A stretch of 64,000 bases of DNA from Eledone cirrhosa (taxonomy: Eukaryota). The notes under the pieces are model-generated. The model was not told where the DNA came from. It made no database searches and saw only the letters and a program-made list of their open reading frames with translations. The DNA lies in assembly GCA_964016885.1 (NCBI GenBank), contig OZ024740.1, forward strand, positions 80,662,001-80,726,000, written 5' to 3'. This document shows, piece by piece, positions 41,485 through 56,060 of the stretch; the stretch's first letter is position 1; each line of letters starts with the position of its first letter. The position numbers and the translations under genes are program-made.

Positions 41485-42060
41485 TATATTTGCGGAGTTT
41501 TTATATCTAGGTCACAAGCTATCATTAGACATCAATGGAATGGCCGTTATGCTGTACCGCATCGCTATGGGTTGGGCAGCCTTTAACAAGAACAAAGAGT
41601 TTCTTATCAGTTGAAGGCTAAGATCCTTGATAGTTACATCCTATCATTTGTGTTATATGATCTTGATTGTGTTAACAGGACGACAAGGTCACTTCAGAAG
41701 CTCTCTACATTCCAGAATAAAATCATGAAACTTATGTCTTACAAACGACTCAGCTACCACATCTCTATCAATGAGCTACTCAACTTTACCAAGCTTTAAC
41801 CAAACACAACAGTTATCAAGTCAAGAGTGATTAAACTGTATAGTCATATGAAAAGATCAACTTGTAGTGTTAGTAAGTTATGCCTAGAAGGAAAGTTAGC
41901 CGGTAAGAGAAGCAAGGGTCAACAGCCAAAACGCTGGTTTGATAATGTTAACTTATGGATTGGACTTGACCTTTTCTATTTAAACTCTGCTGTTGGTGAT
42001 CGAACATAGTGAAGAAGAATATCTCATGTTGATGCTCAGTCTGCAACAGACAGAGTGATC
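41485..42060 (+). mobile_element. decayed RTE-like LINE 3' fragment
   Basis: FLYLGH...RIAMGWAAF...KLYSHMKR...LEGKLAGKRSKGQQPKRW. Confidence 0.75.
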
Positions 42061-44264
42061 GTCTAGGAGGATAATCTGGTTATATCTCCGCGCAATCGTC
42101 TTCATATACATGAACAATCTGCTTGTCATCACATCAATATATTTGGATTAACTTCTAGATTTTGGAAACGTGTGTAAAATTTACAAATATAAACGTTCAT
42201 GAGCCTTAACAAGAGAGATACTGAAAATAAGAAATCTTTTAATATGCGTTCTACAAGGAATTTAACAATATGTTTTTGCTAACAATCAAACTCTCAATTC
42301 ACGATAGAAAGGGGCCGCTTCCTGTATCAACATAGCGTTTAGAATATTTAAATATTTTCAACCAATTAAATTCTTTCGCAGTCAGCGTAAATCTTTCCAC
42401 TCTACTGTTTATTGTTTTTATCATTTTGCTCTTTTCATTTCTCAGACTTTCTGCTATATTAGCCTGATTAATATAACTAATCGGGTACACATTTATTTCG
42501 ATTTTTTATGTGTCACTTAGTTTGAGGCACCATGCGTGTCCTTTATCTGTCTATTATTTTACTATATCATCAAGAATAAATAAATAAAAAATAATAAAGA
42601 AAGCATTATTTTACTATATCATCCATCTTATTCTATTTTCACATCTATAACTTTTTCTGTACAATTTAGGATTCTCTTTATACATATTGCATTAAGTGGT
42701 TTTTTTCAGGATATCATGAAACCTAACGTAACCTTTATATCCATCCCTATATTTATAGACCTTATAGAATTCAGGTTTAACTATTTACAATGAATATATC
42801 TGTCGTTAATAATTTGCTTTGGTATAAACTTATCTACAACTTCTATTGATATAACACATTTAGCAAGAATACTTCGTAAATTTTGTGTTATATAATTTCA
42901 TTTTCTGTAGATAATATCTATATGATTGTCACTCCCATTTCCTTATATTGACTTGGCTTAGATTTCTTACTCATTTCATATGAATGTAATACTTAATGTT
43001 AATGTAACATACATTCCGTCACTTTTGCTGATTCGGCGTTAGAATAGCCTACTTATAGGTGACGCAAGCGAAAGTATTTACTTATAATGTCCAACCTTTC
43101 TTATAACAATTCGTCTAAGATCCTAATTATCCCCTTTTTGCTCATCAAAATTCAATCAATCTTTTTATCATCGTCACTGATTTATCACCATTTTATCTGT
43201 CTATATTTATTGTTTTATTTATCTAAGTGATTATTGTATTAATATCGATAACCTATATTTACCTATACAATCCATACCAGATCTTTATATAGTGGAGTCT
43301 ATATTATCTACAATTATTCTCCATGACCATCCTTCAAAATAACACGATTATCTTCTCTTTCTGATTGCACCATTACACTATATTCTAGTTTAGCTTAATT
43401 TAACACAGCTTTAATTAACACAATCTTTTTTCACACTATGTTTCTAACTTCTTCAATTATCTTACTGTTTGATAAATGTCGAGACACAGACAGACACATA
43501 TACTCAAACACACACACAAACACACACGACTCCACAAACACACCACACATACGCACAGCCATACATAAATACATACATACATACATACATACATACATAC
43601 ATACATACATACATACATACATGGTGGCTGCCAACTCGTTTTCGAGTACGGCCACTACTTTATATCCATGTAGGAGAACCCCTACTGATGCACTGAACGA
43701 GTGTGACTTTTTAGTCCAGCCAGCGACTTGGAAACTCTGGTACAAACACTACACTTGTGACAATTATTGACACATAGTGCTGGGCCCATGGTACCATGTG
43801 ACGACAAGTGCAGAGAGATCTCCAGATATAAAGCAATGCCTGTGCCGTGAAGCTTTTATAGTGAGCAAAGGCACTGCACAAAGCCAGTCCCACTCTCTTA
43901 ACCAAGATGATATTTACCAAAAAGAAGAACAAGTCAACATCATTGGATACCATCAGGGTTGCAGGTGTTATATCAGAGTTTTCCTTCTCCTAGAATTCTG
44001 CCTTGATAAAGGCTAAGGGGTCATCTCTCCCGGTGATTTTGGATGGCCATTGACTCTTAAGAGCTCCTTTGCCCTTTGACAGGTTTTGTTTTTAGTCCTG
44101 AAGGATGTCCAAAGTCACCCTCCTCACCAAGAAACCTTGGTGGGGTTGCCAGTTTAGTCGCCAACGACCCGACCATGAGACAGGTTGTACTGGCCTACAT
44201 GTTACCAGTAGCACCATTGTGTATATGTATGTATGTATGTAGGTATATATGTACATATGTATGA

Positions 44265-44403
44265 ATGAGTATTGACGTACGGGATACGAACCCTCTTCTT
44301 TGCTTTGCCAGACCAATGTTACCATTACACCAACACGCCACCCATGCTTCCTTCCATTCAATTAGAAGATATGTGTTCGTGTCCCATGTATGTAAATACT
44401 CAT
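44265..44403. repeat. ~140-bp tRNA-like element with terminal inverted repeats, copy 1
   Basis: Minus-strand A-box TGGTGTAATGG and B-box GGTTCGTATCC; ~30-bp terminal inverted repeats. Confidence 0.7.
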
Positions 44404-44645
44404 CCTTTTTGTCCATACATACATGCATACATACATACATACATATACAAAATACTTTTTATTAATAATGACTATTTACTTCGAAGTTTCCCCGACGTTA
44501 CAGGCCCATCGAAAAAATGTCGGAAAAGCTTTGAAGTAAAGAGTTCCTTTCAATAACAAATAATATATCGACTCCATATATGAACCTATAATTCAGCGAA
44601 TGTTTAATATTTTCGGAACACTTCCCCACAAAACCAAGCATATAC

Positions 44646-44686
<41 letters not shown>

Positions 44687-44691
44687 CGCGC

Positions 44692-44984
44692 GCTTACGCC
44701 GTATTTGACTAAATAGAATTAGTCTGTTAGTTGGGATTTAAAAAAAAACCTCTGAATGGAAAAAAAAGAATGAGTATTGACATACGGGATACGAACCTTC
44801 TTCTTTGCTTTGCCAGACCAATGTTACCATTACACCAACACGCCACCCATGCTTCCTTCCATTCAATTAGAAGATATGGGTTCGTGTCCCATGTATGTAA
44901 ATACTCATCCTTTTTTTCCATTCAAAGAGTGTTTTAAAATCCCAGCTAAAAGACTATTTCTATTTAGTCAAATATGGCGTAAGC
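44692..44984. repeat. MITE-like element (34-bp inverted repeats) enclosing copy 2 (44770-44908) of the tRNA-like element
   Basis: 44692-44725 is inverted relative to 44951-44984 with 2 mismatches. Confidence 0.72.
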
Positions 44985-45227
44985 ACATGTTACTACCTAA
45001 TTTTCAAACTCGCTACCCCGTTTGTAAACAAAGCCTGCTTTGTGTTTCTCTCTATATATATATACATACACACACTCACACTCATACACACACATACACA
45101 CATACACACATATATATACATATCTAAAAGTTTTCATGTATACAAACACAGACACATACACAATACACGCATACTCACAGTGACACACATACATATGTAC
45201 ATAGATACCTAGATACATATATTTATA

Positions 45228-45267
<40 letters not shown>

Positions 45268-45309
45268 ATAAATAACAAAGAACGCCTATAGCATATGCAT
45301 ATCTTTACT

Positions 45310-45355
45310 TGCTAACATTGTTTCATCCGCACTATAAGTGGGACTCATCAGAGCA
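45310..45355 (-). ncRNA. hammerhead ribozyme, left arm
   Basis: TGCT-CTGATGA-GTCCCAC TTATA GTGCGGAT-GAAAC AAT GTT^AGCA. Confidence 0.82.
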
Positions 45356-46106
45356 TAAAGGTTAATTACATACCATACAAGCAATAACAAATCCAAGACA
45401 TTGAAGAATGAAAAATAATAATAAAGGATATTAAGGAAGTAAAAGTAAAAATAAAGATAAGAATAAAAATAAAAATAAAAATAAAAATAAAAATAAAAAT
45501 AAAAATAAAAATAAAAATAAAAATAAAAATAAAAATAAAAATAAAAATAAAAATAAAAATAAAAATAAAAATAAAAATAAAAATAAAAATAAAAATAAAA
45601 ATAAAAATAAAAATAAAAATAAAAATAAAAATAAAAATAAAAATAAAAATAAGAATAAGATAATAAAATAAACAATGAAAAATAAGCAATGAAAAATAAG
45701 GGGTGCTATCAGTCACAGTTGGGCGGGGTGCTGTCAACATATAGTTACATACAAGCATACACATGGATAAGAGAACAGACAAGAGTAGATAAGATAGATG
45801 GGATTAGGTAAGAGTAGGTAAAAAATAGGTGAAAAACAGACTTATAATATATATAAGAAAATATAAAGAAATACATAACAAACTTACATATAAAATATAA
45901 AATATACAGATAATAGTGATACAGGGTAAGGAATGAGATAAAATAAAAATAAAATTAAAATTAAAATTATATAAAATAGAACATAATATAATATAATCGT
46001 AAAATAAGATAAAATAAGGTAAACTAAAATCAAATAACATAGACTAAATTAAAATAATATAATATAAGATATAATTAAATGTATAATTAAATGTAATTAA
46101 ATGTAA

Positions 46107-46142
<36 letters not shown>

Positions 46143-46745
46143 AAATTAAATAAATAAATAAAATTAAAATTTAAATTTAAATTTAAATTTAAATAAATAA
46201 ATAAATAAATAAATAAATGGAGTTAAATAAGTAAATAAATAAAATTAGATAACATGAAATGAAATAAAATAAAATAAAATGAAATAAAGTAAATTGAGAT
46301 AAGATATATATTTTTTTAGAATATATCTCTTGAATATATCAGGGGCCCACGAAGGCACTAAGTGTCACAGTTATGTGTATCACTTGACCATTTTTTTAAA
46401 ATATATTTCTTGAAAACATCAGGGGCCCACGAAGGCACTAGGTGTCACAGTCACCAGTATCACTTGACCATTGCAAGGCAATGGAGGCGTCCCAGGTTGG
46501 GCAGTCTCAAAAGTTCACTCGAAAGTGACTTTCGAGTGAACTTTTGAGACTGCCCAACCTGGGACGCCTCCATTGCCTTGCAATGGTCAAGTGATACTGG
46601 TGACTGTGACACTTAGTGCCTTCGTGGGCCCCTGATATGTTATCTAATTTTATTTATTTACTTATTTAACTCCATTTATTTATTTATTTATTTATTTAAA
46701 TTTAAATTTAAATTTTAATTTAAATTTTATTTATTTATTTAATTT

Positions 46746-46777
<32 letters not shown>

Positions 46778-47384
46778 TTACATTTAATTACATTTAATTA
46801 TACATTTAATTATATCTTATATTATATTATTTTAATTTAGTCTATGTTATTTGATTTTAGTTTACCTTATTTTATCTTATTTTACGATTATATTATATTA
46901 TGTTCTATTTTATATAATTTTAATTTTAATTTTATATTATTTTATCTCATTCCTTACCCTGTATCACTATTATCTGTATATTTTATATTTTATATGTAAG
47001 TTTGTTATGTATTTCTTTATATTTTCTTATATATATTATAAGTCTGTTTTTCACCTATTTTTTACCTACTCTTACCTAATCCCATCTATCTTATCTACTC
47101 TTGTCTGTTCTTTTATCCATGTGTATGCTTGTATGTAACTATATGTTGACAGCACCCCGCCCAACTGTGACTGATAGCACCCCTTATTTTTCATTGCTTA
47201 TTTTTCATTGTTTATTTTATTATCTTATTCTTATTTTTATTTTTATTTTTATTTTTATTTTTATTTTTATTCTTATCTTTATTTTTACTTTTACTTCCTT
47301 AATATCCTTTATCGTCTATTATTATTTTTCATTCTTCAATGTCTTGGATTTGTTATTGCTTGTATGGTATGTAATTAACCTTTA

Positions 47385-47430
47385 TGCTCTGATGAGTCCC
47401 ACTTATAGTGCGGATGAAACAATGTTAGCA
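47385..47430 (+). ncRNA. hammerhead ribozyme, right arm
   Basis: Identical to the left-arm motif. Confidence 0.82.
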
Positions 47431-47593
47431 AGTAAAGATATGCATATGCTATAGGCGTTCTTTGTTATTTATTATATCACGGCTCTGTCCTCAGACATTG
47501 AGCTAACCTTATACTGCCTGCTGGATAAGTGGAGTGTTATACACCCCTGATCCTTTCCCTAGTATACTATATATATATATATATATATATACT

Positions 47594-47745
<152 letters not shown>

Positions 47746-48020
47746 GTACATATACATGTGTCGTATCATTTTTTATGAGTTCATACAAAGTATTACAATA
47801 GACAAACATGGCGCCATATAACAACAAAATGTAATCCTGTAACGTTTACAGAATAAATTTTATTAGTATTTGAATATGATTTAATCAATTCACAATTATT
47901 ACTTGTAGTCATGTCTCGTCAAACATATTCGTTCATTTATAGTCGGACCAGAAAAAAAACACCTTTGACTACTTGAGTATATATTTCTCTGTTAGAGTAT
48001 AGTAATTTTGTCGCATTTAC

Positions 48021-48360
48021 TGGAGTGAAGGCGCATGGCTTAGTGGTTAGAGCATTGGGCTTGCAATTGAGAGGTTGTGAGTTCGATTCTCGGACCGGGT
48101 GATGTGTTCTCTTCGTGAGCAAGACACTTTATTTCACGTTGCTCCAGTTTACTCAGCTGTAGAAATGAGTTGCGACGTCACTGGCGCCAAGCTGTATCGG
48201 CCATTGCCTTTCCCTTGGACAACATCGGTGGCGTGAAGAGGAGAGGCTGGTATGCATGGGTGACTGCTGGTCTTCCATAAAACAAACCTTGCCCAGGCTG
48301 GGCCTCAGAGGGAAACTTTCTAGGTACAAAACCATGGTCATTCGTGACCAAGTGGGGCCA
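48021..48360 (+). mobile_element. tRNA-derived SINE family 2
   Basis: A-box TGGCTTAGTGG, B-box GAGTTCGATTC, CORE-like GAGCAAGACACTTTA. Confidence 0.85.
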
Positions 48361-48419
48361 AAGCAACTGGAGTAACCTTTTCGTATTTAGATGCTGGTCT
48401 TGTGTGTGTGTGTGTGTGT

Positions 48420-48645
48420 ATGTGACAGCTCACAACTATGCAAGTTTAGCTGGCCTCCTCCAAGGTATATCTCGCATGAGGTGTCTTGTGTGATTTAATG
48501 ATAGGGACCCCAGTCCTATCATCACATTTCTACATAGCTAAGTAAACTGGAGCAACGTGAAATAAAGTGTCTTGCTCAAGGAAACAACACATCACCCGGT
48601 TCGATTGCAAGCCCAATGCTCTAACCACTAAGTCATGCGCCTTCA
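48420..48645 (-). mobile_element. SINE family 2 relative, partial, inverted
   Basis: 48535-48645 is the reverse complement of 48026-48160 with an internal deletion. Confidence 0.8.
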
Positions 48646-49271
48646 ATGCCATGCTGGTCTTTCCACCAACCTATATAAGAAAAACCTGAGTGAAGTCGCC
48701 AAACAAACGCCAGGGAACCATAATATGTGTGGCTAGGGATCCTGTATAAATATTAATTTACCGCGTTTTTAATAACTAGATGGTAGTCGTGCTGGAGTTC
48801 TGCCTCGAATATTGTATTCACTGCTCTTGAACCTCGCTAGTTATCAAATGGATCGAATCCACATGAGTTATACTTCATGTGGAATTACCTTCAGGTAGTG
48901 TGAACGTGCCAAAAGGAATTTGTAGCCATTTACATGAATATATGCATACACTTACGTCTGCTGCACACATACACAGACACATACACATGCAGGCACACAC
49001 ACGCACACAGAAACACATATACACACATACACACACACACACAAATACACACACACACACACACACACATGCATATATATATATCATTGAAGAATAAACT
49101 AGACAAGAACTGAGATGCAAAACCACAAAGTCTTATTTGTTTCACGCTCAAGAATGGAGATAAATAAAATGTCAATGATGTGCTCCGGCAGTTTCTGACA
49201 AAGATCGTGTCATTGCAAACAATATATGTTTCAGCCCTAGGCTATTATAGAAAGCAATTTATTACATTAAA

Positions 49272-49465
49272 TAATTGTTTCTACTTTAGGCACAAGGCCA
49301 GCAATTACTCTGGTGCATTACTGGTACTTTATTTTATCGACCCCGAAAGGATGAAAGGCAAAGTCAACCTCGGCGGGATTTGAACTCAGATCGTAAAGGG
49401 ACGTAACTATGCTGGAAAGCATGGCGTCCGACCGTCTACCGATACTACTAATCCACCGCCATACA
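49272..49465 (-). mobile_element. SINE family 1 with 17-bp TSD
   Basis: TTATTACATTAAATAAT at 49259-49275 and 49466-49482. Confidence 0.88.
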
Positions 49466-49499
49466 TTATTACATTAAATAATACTTAATGAAATCTAAC

Positions 49500-50290
49500 A
49501 TGGAATCTGATAGCTGTGAAGGGAAATTCATAATCCCAGAGTTATGCCTGCACCCATCATATATCATTTAAGAGAATCAAAAATGAATTCTTAACTGGGA
49601 GGAAAAATGTTGTTACATGATGATAGATGACAGGCAATTGACTATAAATCAAATAGTCAATGCTGTAAGTATATCTCGTGAGAGACTTTAGAATATTCTG
49701 CACAATGAACAGCATGTTGAAGGTTTATGCTCGATGGGTGCTATGTCTTCTGATATCACGGTAAATCTGACATTGTTTGAGGCACAATAAGCTGGTTTCC
49801 CCGAACGCTTCCTAACCCAGGAACAAAGAGACAAAGAGACAACTGATGCATTGGAAACATCCCTTCAAAAAACGCCAAGGTCGATCAACCTGCAAGGAAG
49901 CTGATAGCCACAGTTTGTTGTAATGACATTTTTTTATTGACTATCTTCAAAAGAACCACACCATCAATGGAGAGTACTCTGCCAACATGCTGAGGCAGTT
50001 ACAAAAATCTATCAAAACCAACTGCCCAGGAAAATTGATTTGATCCCAACAGTAAAGACCACTATCACAATGATGTCATGGGAACCACTATCACAATGAT
50101 GTCATGTCTGCTATTGATGACTTCTTTTTATCAGCATGATGAAAGCTTCTTCACGAATGGAATCCAAGCGCTGCAAGATCGATGGAAGATATGTATGGGC
50201 CGTAAGGGGGACTATGTTGAAAAATAAACATCATTTGGTCACATTCCATGAGAGTATTTTGGTCAGCCTATGGACGTTTCAGCCGACGTT
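49500..50290 (+). mobile_element. decayed mariner transposon
   Basis: Remnants IDYLQKNHTINGEYSANMLRQL and GIQALQDRWKICMGRKGDYVEK*, followed by a terminal-repeat-like end. Confidence 0.82.
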
Positions 50291-52305
50291 TGTTTGTTCT
50301 ATATTCTTACATTGAAAAATACATGCCTTTACTTACCTCTCTGTGTATGCTTCATCTTGATCATCTTTGAGACAGATGATCTAGTTGAAATATTAAGCAA
50401 ATACTTTTGAAATCTCCGTCTTAAAAAATTATGATGTAATTTTAGATATGTTATAACTTGATGTTAGATGATATGGTCAAGGTTAGAATAACTTTGAGTA
50501 TAGTTCTGTTCAATTATGGCTAAGGTGTAGATTAACCATTCAAACAACAGTACACAATATGTGCTGTCTTCTGATATATTGTAAAAAGGGAGGGCTTCCG
50601 TCTTGATATTTTGGGGCATGATTTCGATTCCTGAAATGTTTCACTGGGTCCTTACGTTACAATAGATTAATTTACTTGAGCATCGTCACTCTGCATTTAT
50701 TAAAATAAATTTCCCTTTAGAATATGTGTTTAAAATCCATCCTGTTATAAAAGTTTAATTAACATTTCTTCATAATTATTAATGTGAATCTGAAAATGTT
50801 CTGGATTCGTCTTTGTCTTGGAAAAGGCGAAAAAAAAGGGATATTAGTAACTATAAACTACTTAAACCACTCATCGTCATATTTTTTAATCGTGCTTATG
50901 TTTTCTTTATACACATGTAAAGAAAACAGGCATATGTTTCACAGATAATTCACCAGTCGCTCTAACATTTCTGACTATTACATCTAATATCATTTACATT
51001 AAAAATCTAACCGCTGATTTCTCATTTAGTAAAAATGATGTCTAGAAAGCTACCTTGGGTGCCTTGCGTAAATATGTTTTTTCATATTTGCATTGCTCTA
51101 TTTTAATGAAATTTCAATTTTGCTGTAAAATATTCTTACGAAGATAATTTAGTATACAAATAGACATATAATTACAAGAAAGAATAATTGTAACGGTTAT
51201 ATTAAGAAAATGGCTTTTGATAGGCCTGAGGAACATTTTGTTTTGTTTATTTCAGCAGTCAATCAGCTTTAGTTAACACTAGTCGGAAAGATAAATTGAT
51301 TACTAATCGCATTATCTGATGGAAGAGGTACACATAGTATTTTTAGACTATCCTTAAAGATAAAAGGATGAGCTTAATGCAATCAATATTTAGTTGTAAC
51401 AGCTGAAGATTATAATCTACAAGGAAGATATATATAGGGTTAAGGAATTCCAGAGTAATAAAGTGTTGGAGAAGATAATTGTTGATACTACTATACTCCA
51501 CATCTAAAATCTATGAATAACCTTCCATTTATAGCTATGATAAAAAGGGTATTGAAATGTAAACCGTCACCAAAACATATCAACATATGTTGTCTCTTCT
51601 GTCTGTCAATTATTCAGGTTTTTCTACATCTACTAAAAGGTTTCCTGCTCCACGGAATCGGTTGATTTAATGCCAACTACATCCAGGCCTTTTGCATTCA
51701 CTAAATTGTTTTCCTCCCCTCACTTATAATAAGTTCAACTCACGCACCGCAATCAATATGAAGTCTAGTCTTTTATTTTCGGATGTTTGGTCCTCTGGTA
51801 TTCCCCATCCCAATAAGTAATTCCAAAGTTATCGAATTGTAACAGCCTTTAAGAAACGTTAACCGCCTTGATCTTATCGCTCTTATTGAGTTCTCGAAAC
51901 ACACAAATACAAGGACTTTTTCCTAACCACCATCTCAATAAATAAAAATGAAAGAAAGCCTCACACATTCCAAATTTTTAAAAGCAAATATCTAATATTG
52001 GCGAAATATTATTGCACCCGTTTCTAAGAAATAAGCAAAATGATTACACCTAATTTGCTAAGAAGTAATAACAGGCTAAATGTGCAGTGGATAAGTTGGC
52101 TGCACTGGAAGCAACAAATAAATAAAATAATGAGTGTATAAATGGAAATTAGAAAATTCTATAGTTAGTTTTAACGTATTTCAAGCAATTTATTTCAATA
52201 GAATTACGTTAGTTATCGGTTTTTCTTGGAAAATTTAGGTTTTCAATTTGAGACGTCTAAGTAATTTGATAGTCTTTTAAAATAAATGAAAGCATAATTC
52301 GCTAC

Positions 52306-52499
52306 ATAATTGTTTCTACGTTAGGCACAAGGCCAGCAATTACCAAGTGTATTACTGGTACTTTATTTTATCGACCCCGTAAGGATGAAAGGCAAAGTTA
52401 ACCTCGGCGGGATTTGAACTCAGAATGGCAAGGGCCGTAACTCTATGCGTCAAAGCATGGCGTCCGACCCTCTACCAATACTGCCAATCCACCGCCCTT
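52306..52499 (-). mobile_element. SINE family 1 with 17-bp TSD
   Basis: ATAATTCGCTACATAAT at 52294-52310 and 52500-52516. Confidence 0.88.
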
Positions 52500-54531
52500 A
52501 TAATTCGCTACATAATGTTCTTTATTCTGAACTGACAAACTAACGAAGATCAATCGTAACTATCTGATCCTTAAAAGATTTTGATCAGCAGTCCATCCTT
52601 TTAGTCAGTCAACAATCAGTCAGTCAACAATCAGTCAGTATAAAAAAAAATAACAGATGTATCGAGTCAAGAGAGAGCCTCTAGTTGGTCGATCAAACTG
52701 CTAGACATAGCAACGAAATCCTTCTCAAATAATACCCTACCATGATAAAGAAAGGAAGGGCATATCAGATAATATGATGCAAGATAGATTGTCCGGTTTT
52801 AGATATACTGGATCTGGTACTGTGCCTGGTTCTAGGTGTACTGGTATCTCAAAAAATATCATAAGATGGGGTGGGCACGTTTCCAATATTCTTTGAGTAG
52901 AGATCTACGTGATCAGAGCTGATATGAGTTTAAATGACTTTCCCATCATTATCCTACCACTAGCACCACAAATACACGTATGTACCCACAGACATATACA
53001 TCTACACACGTATAAACACACAATAGAAATGGTTGTGCTCTGTTTAAATTCTATACACAAACATACACTAGAATACAGAATTACATACTGCTGTAAAAAA
53101 GTACATCTTCCTACAAACACAAATACACATTTTTATACGCAAAAACCAAATCAAAAACAAATACACTCTACTCACATATACATTGAAACATATAGATCTC
53201 TCAATAGATTACCCACCACACACACTGACAGAAACGCATATACAGATATTATATATTATATGGATGAGTCACCGTAGCCCATATTGATCCTTATATCAAC
53301 AACGCAGTCCGAGTTATCCTTACATATCATTTGTTTGTTTTAGCTGAGACGGACGACATCTATATCGGCTGGAATAATTTTGTTTGATCGATGTAATTTG
53401 GAGGAGATTATGTGTCCCAGTGGATTTTTATTTTATAAATTGCTATTTTAATAAAAAAAAAACCAAAGGGTAATTTTATTTATGGAATATATCATGTAAA
53501 TACAGTTTAATAGAAAAAGAAAACCAGAAAATTTAGATTTGAGAAGAATGGAATGTAAATTAGTAAAATATAAAGAAAAAAGAGAAAAATAAAAAACACG
53601 TAAAAGAGAGGGAACGGCAAGGGCTCTGGTGTCACAGAAGAATGGGGAGTGGGAGGGGAGGATGATTGGACTCTGGGCATTGGGCGTGGCGGTAAAGGAG
53701 CTGTGCCCCACGGACAATACAGCAAAAGCATTCCTGCGGCCAATGGCCAGCAACACCCACTGCAACAGCCCCCACATCTCGCGGGCCTCCTTCTTTAGAC
53801 TGGCCGCCGACGTTATAAAGTGATTTTAATTTCAATAAGCAAAATGATGACTCAGTTTTAGACCATTGTAGCATGTTAAATTGTAGTTTAAATAAGGATA
53901 CCAGTTATTATAATCGGAAATATTACATCCAAAAGTGAAACCCCAAAATCTGAAAAAAAAACGCCAAAAACCAAGAAAAGTCACTAGATCCCTTAAATAA
54001 TCTATCAAGTATTTGTTTAGTTGTTTAGGAAAATTTGATTTTGATTTTCAATGCATTTTAGCTCCATTCAAAGTAGTATCGTCAACCAAAATAGACAGAC
54101 TCAATTTTAAACTAAAGATATTTCACAGTAAACACTCCATCTTTCTTGTTTAAATCTACATTTGAAAAACATATTTTTTCTATGTACATTAATCATATAA
54201 AATGTAATATCATGAATCAATGACGATAATAATGGATGCAAATCGAATGTTTTCTGGAGAAGTGTATTTGCGATGTTATTCAATGTAAACGAAATAGGCG
54301 TCTTTGAGGGTTTGTAGTTATAGGGTGATGAAAAGAATCGATAAAGGAAAGCATGAGTGAAAAAGGGAATGAGAGAATACAGAATACGATATATAAGAAT
54401 ACGCTGACAGTTTGGGTTACATTTAAATATTATACACATTCCTTTAGAAAGGAAATAGAACTAGTCGCGGCAATAGTAATGTATCACACACACATTCACA
54501 CACACACACACACTCACACACTCACACACCC

Positions 54532-54657
<126 letters not shown>

Positions 54658-54833
54658 GTGCGGGTGTGTTTGTCTGTGTGTGTATGCGTGCGTGTGAATA
54701 TATGTGTGCGTGCGGGTGTGTGTGTATGTATTTGTATGTGTGTGTACATTCCCGGGTTGTGTCGAGAGGTAACCACAGTTACCAAATGTACTAAATACAT
54801 TGGTAGAGTATATAGACATATTTTATCTTAGAT

Positions 54834-54955
54834 AGAGGTGACATCTACAGGACTAGAACTGTTTCATTTGTATGATTTCATCTGAAATGTCTGATTTGAT
54901 ATTCCTGATGATTTCATACGAATGAAACATTTCTGGTCCTGTAGAAGTCACTTCT
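54834..54955. repeat. imperfect ~120-bp hairpin (MITE-like)
   Basis: GTGACATCTACAGGACTAGAA...TTCTGGTCCTGTAGAAGTCAC. Confidence 0.7.
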
Positions 54956-54974
54956 CTCACTTTCGGTTTCTGTC

Positions 54975-55074
<100 letters not shown>

Positions 55075-55140
55075 TCTCTCTCTCCCTCTCTCTCTCTCCC
55101 TTCCTCTCTCTGTCTATTTTTCTCCCTCTCTCTCTATGTG

Positions 55141-55193
<53 letters not shown>

Positions 55194-55217
55194 CATATAC
55201 TGTATATGAATATATAC

Positions 55218-55250
<33 letters not shown>

Positions 55251-55362
55251 TATAGATATATATATATACATACATACATATATATATACCTAAATACATA
55301 CATATATACATACATATATATACATACATACATATATATACATACATACATATATATATATA

Positions 55363-56060
55363 TCGACCACGGAATGATATGCCACAAACCACACAGATTC
55401 GGCATAACTGGAAAACTAGGTGAGTGGCTGTATGACTTCTTCATTGACAGAATCAAGATTGTTGCAGCCAAAGAATCCCTCTCAAAGGAAACATCAATAA
55501 CAAGTGGCGTGCCCCGGGGCACAGATTTGGTACCACTACTGTTTTTGGTGGCTCTGTCATACATGCCCTCTGTAGTACATACAACATCCATCCTTCACTA
55601 GCTATGATGATGACACAAAAGTAGCACAGGCAATCAAAAACCCGGCTGATGCTGCTCTTTTACAACAAGATCGGCATGCCATTTACAAATGGGCTGAGGA
55701 AAACAACATGCAGTTTAATGCTGTGAATTTTCAACCTCTACAATACCAACCTGCAAACATATAGACAGTTCAACACAGTTGCACGGGACGAGGAAGGATT
55801 GAAATCCCTGTGTCGAAATCGATATGAGACCAGGGGATAGACATGAGCAACGATGTATCTTTTTCTTTAAACATTATGATGGTGGCGACAATGTGCAGAC
55901 GGCTCGATGGCTTGATCTTGAGGACTTTCCGGACAAGAGATTGAGAGACTATATTGTACTATGGAGGACATTTGTCCTAAGCCGACTGAACTACTGCTCC
56001 CATATTATCAAACTAACCACGGAGCTTGAGGCAATCCATCGAAGCTAAACGAAGAGATAT
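55363..56060 (+). mobile_element. CR1-like LINE RT fragment
   Basis: DHGMICHK...[10 protein letters not shown]...SGVPRGT..PLLFLV...YDDDTK...WAEENNMQFN...TFVLSRLNYC. Confidence 0.85.

Larger units (their letters stand above)
45263..47477. repeat. 2.2-kb palindrome (head-to-head pLTR-like arms)
   Basis: Centre GAAAGT-G-ACTTTC at 46527. Arms are near identical apart from (TAAAAA)n length and a ~160-bp extra block on the left. Confidence 0.95.

Noticed and set aside
42100-43430. Possible very old PLE/LINE remnant (likewise 26200-26770, 53450-53870, 57700-58400)
   Set aside because: Only faint motif resemblance; cannot be supported without a profile search.
44273-44340. Functional tRNA gene
   Set aside because: Mismatched acceptor and anticodon stems, an atypical GGC anticodon, and location inside a repeat.
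45286-45782. ORFs with (FY)n or (IF)n, mirrored at 47101-47454
   Set aside because: Translation of the (TAAAAA)n satellite inside the palindrome.
54905-54940. CTGATGA-TTTC ATAC GAAT-GAAAC hammerhead-like core
   Set aside because: No stem I partner; it is part of a larger hairpin.
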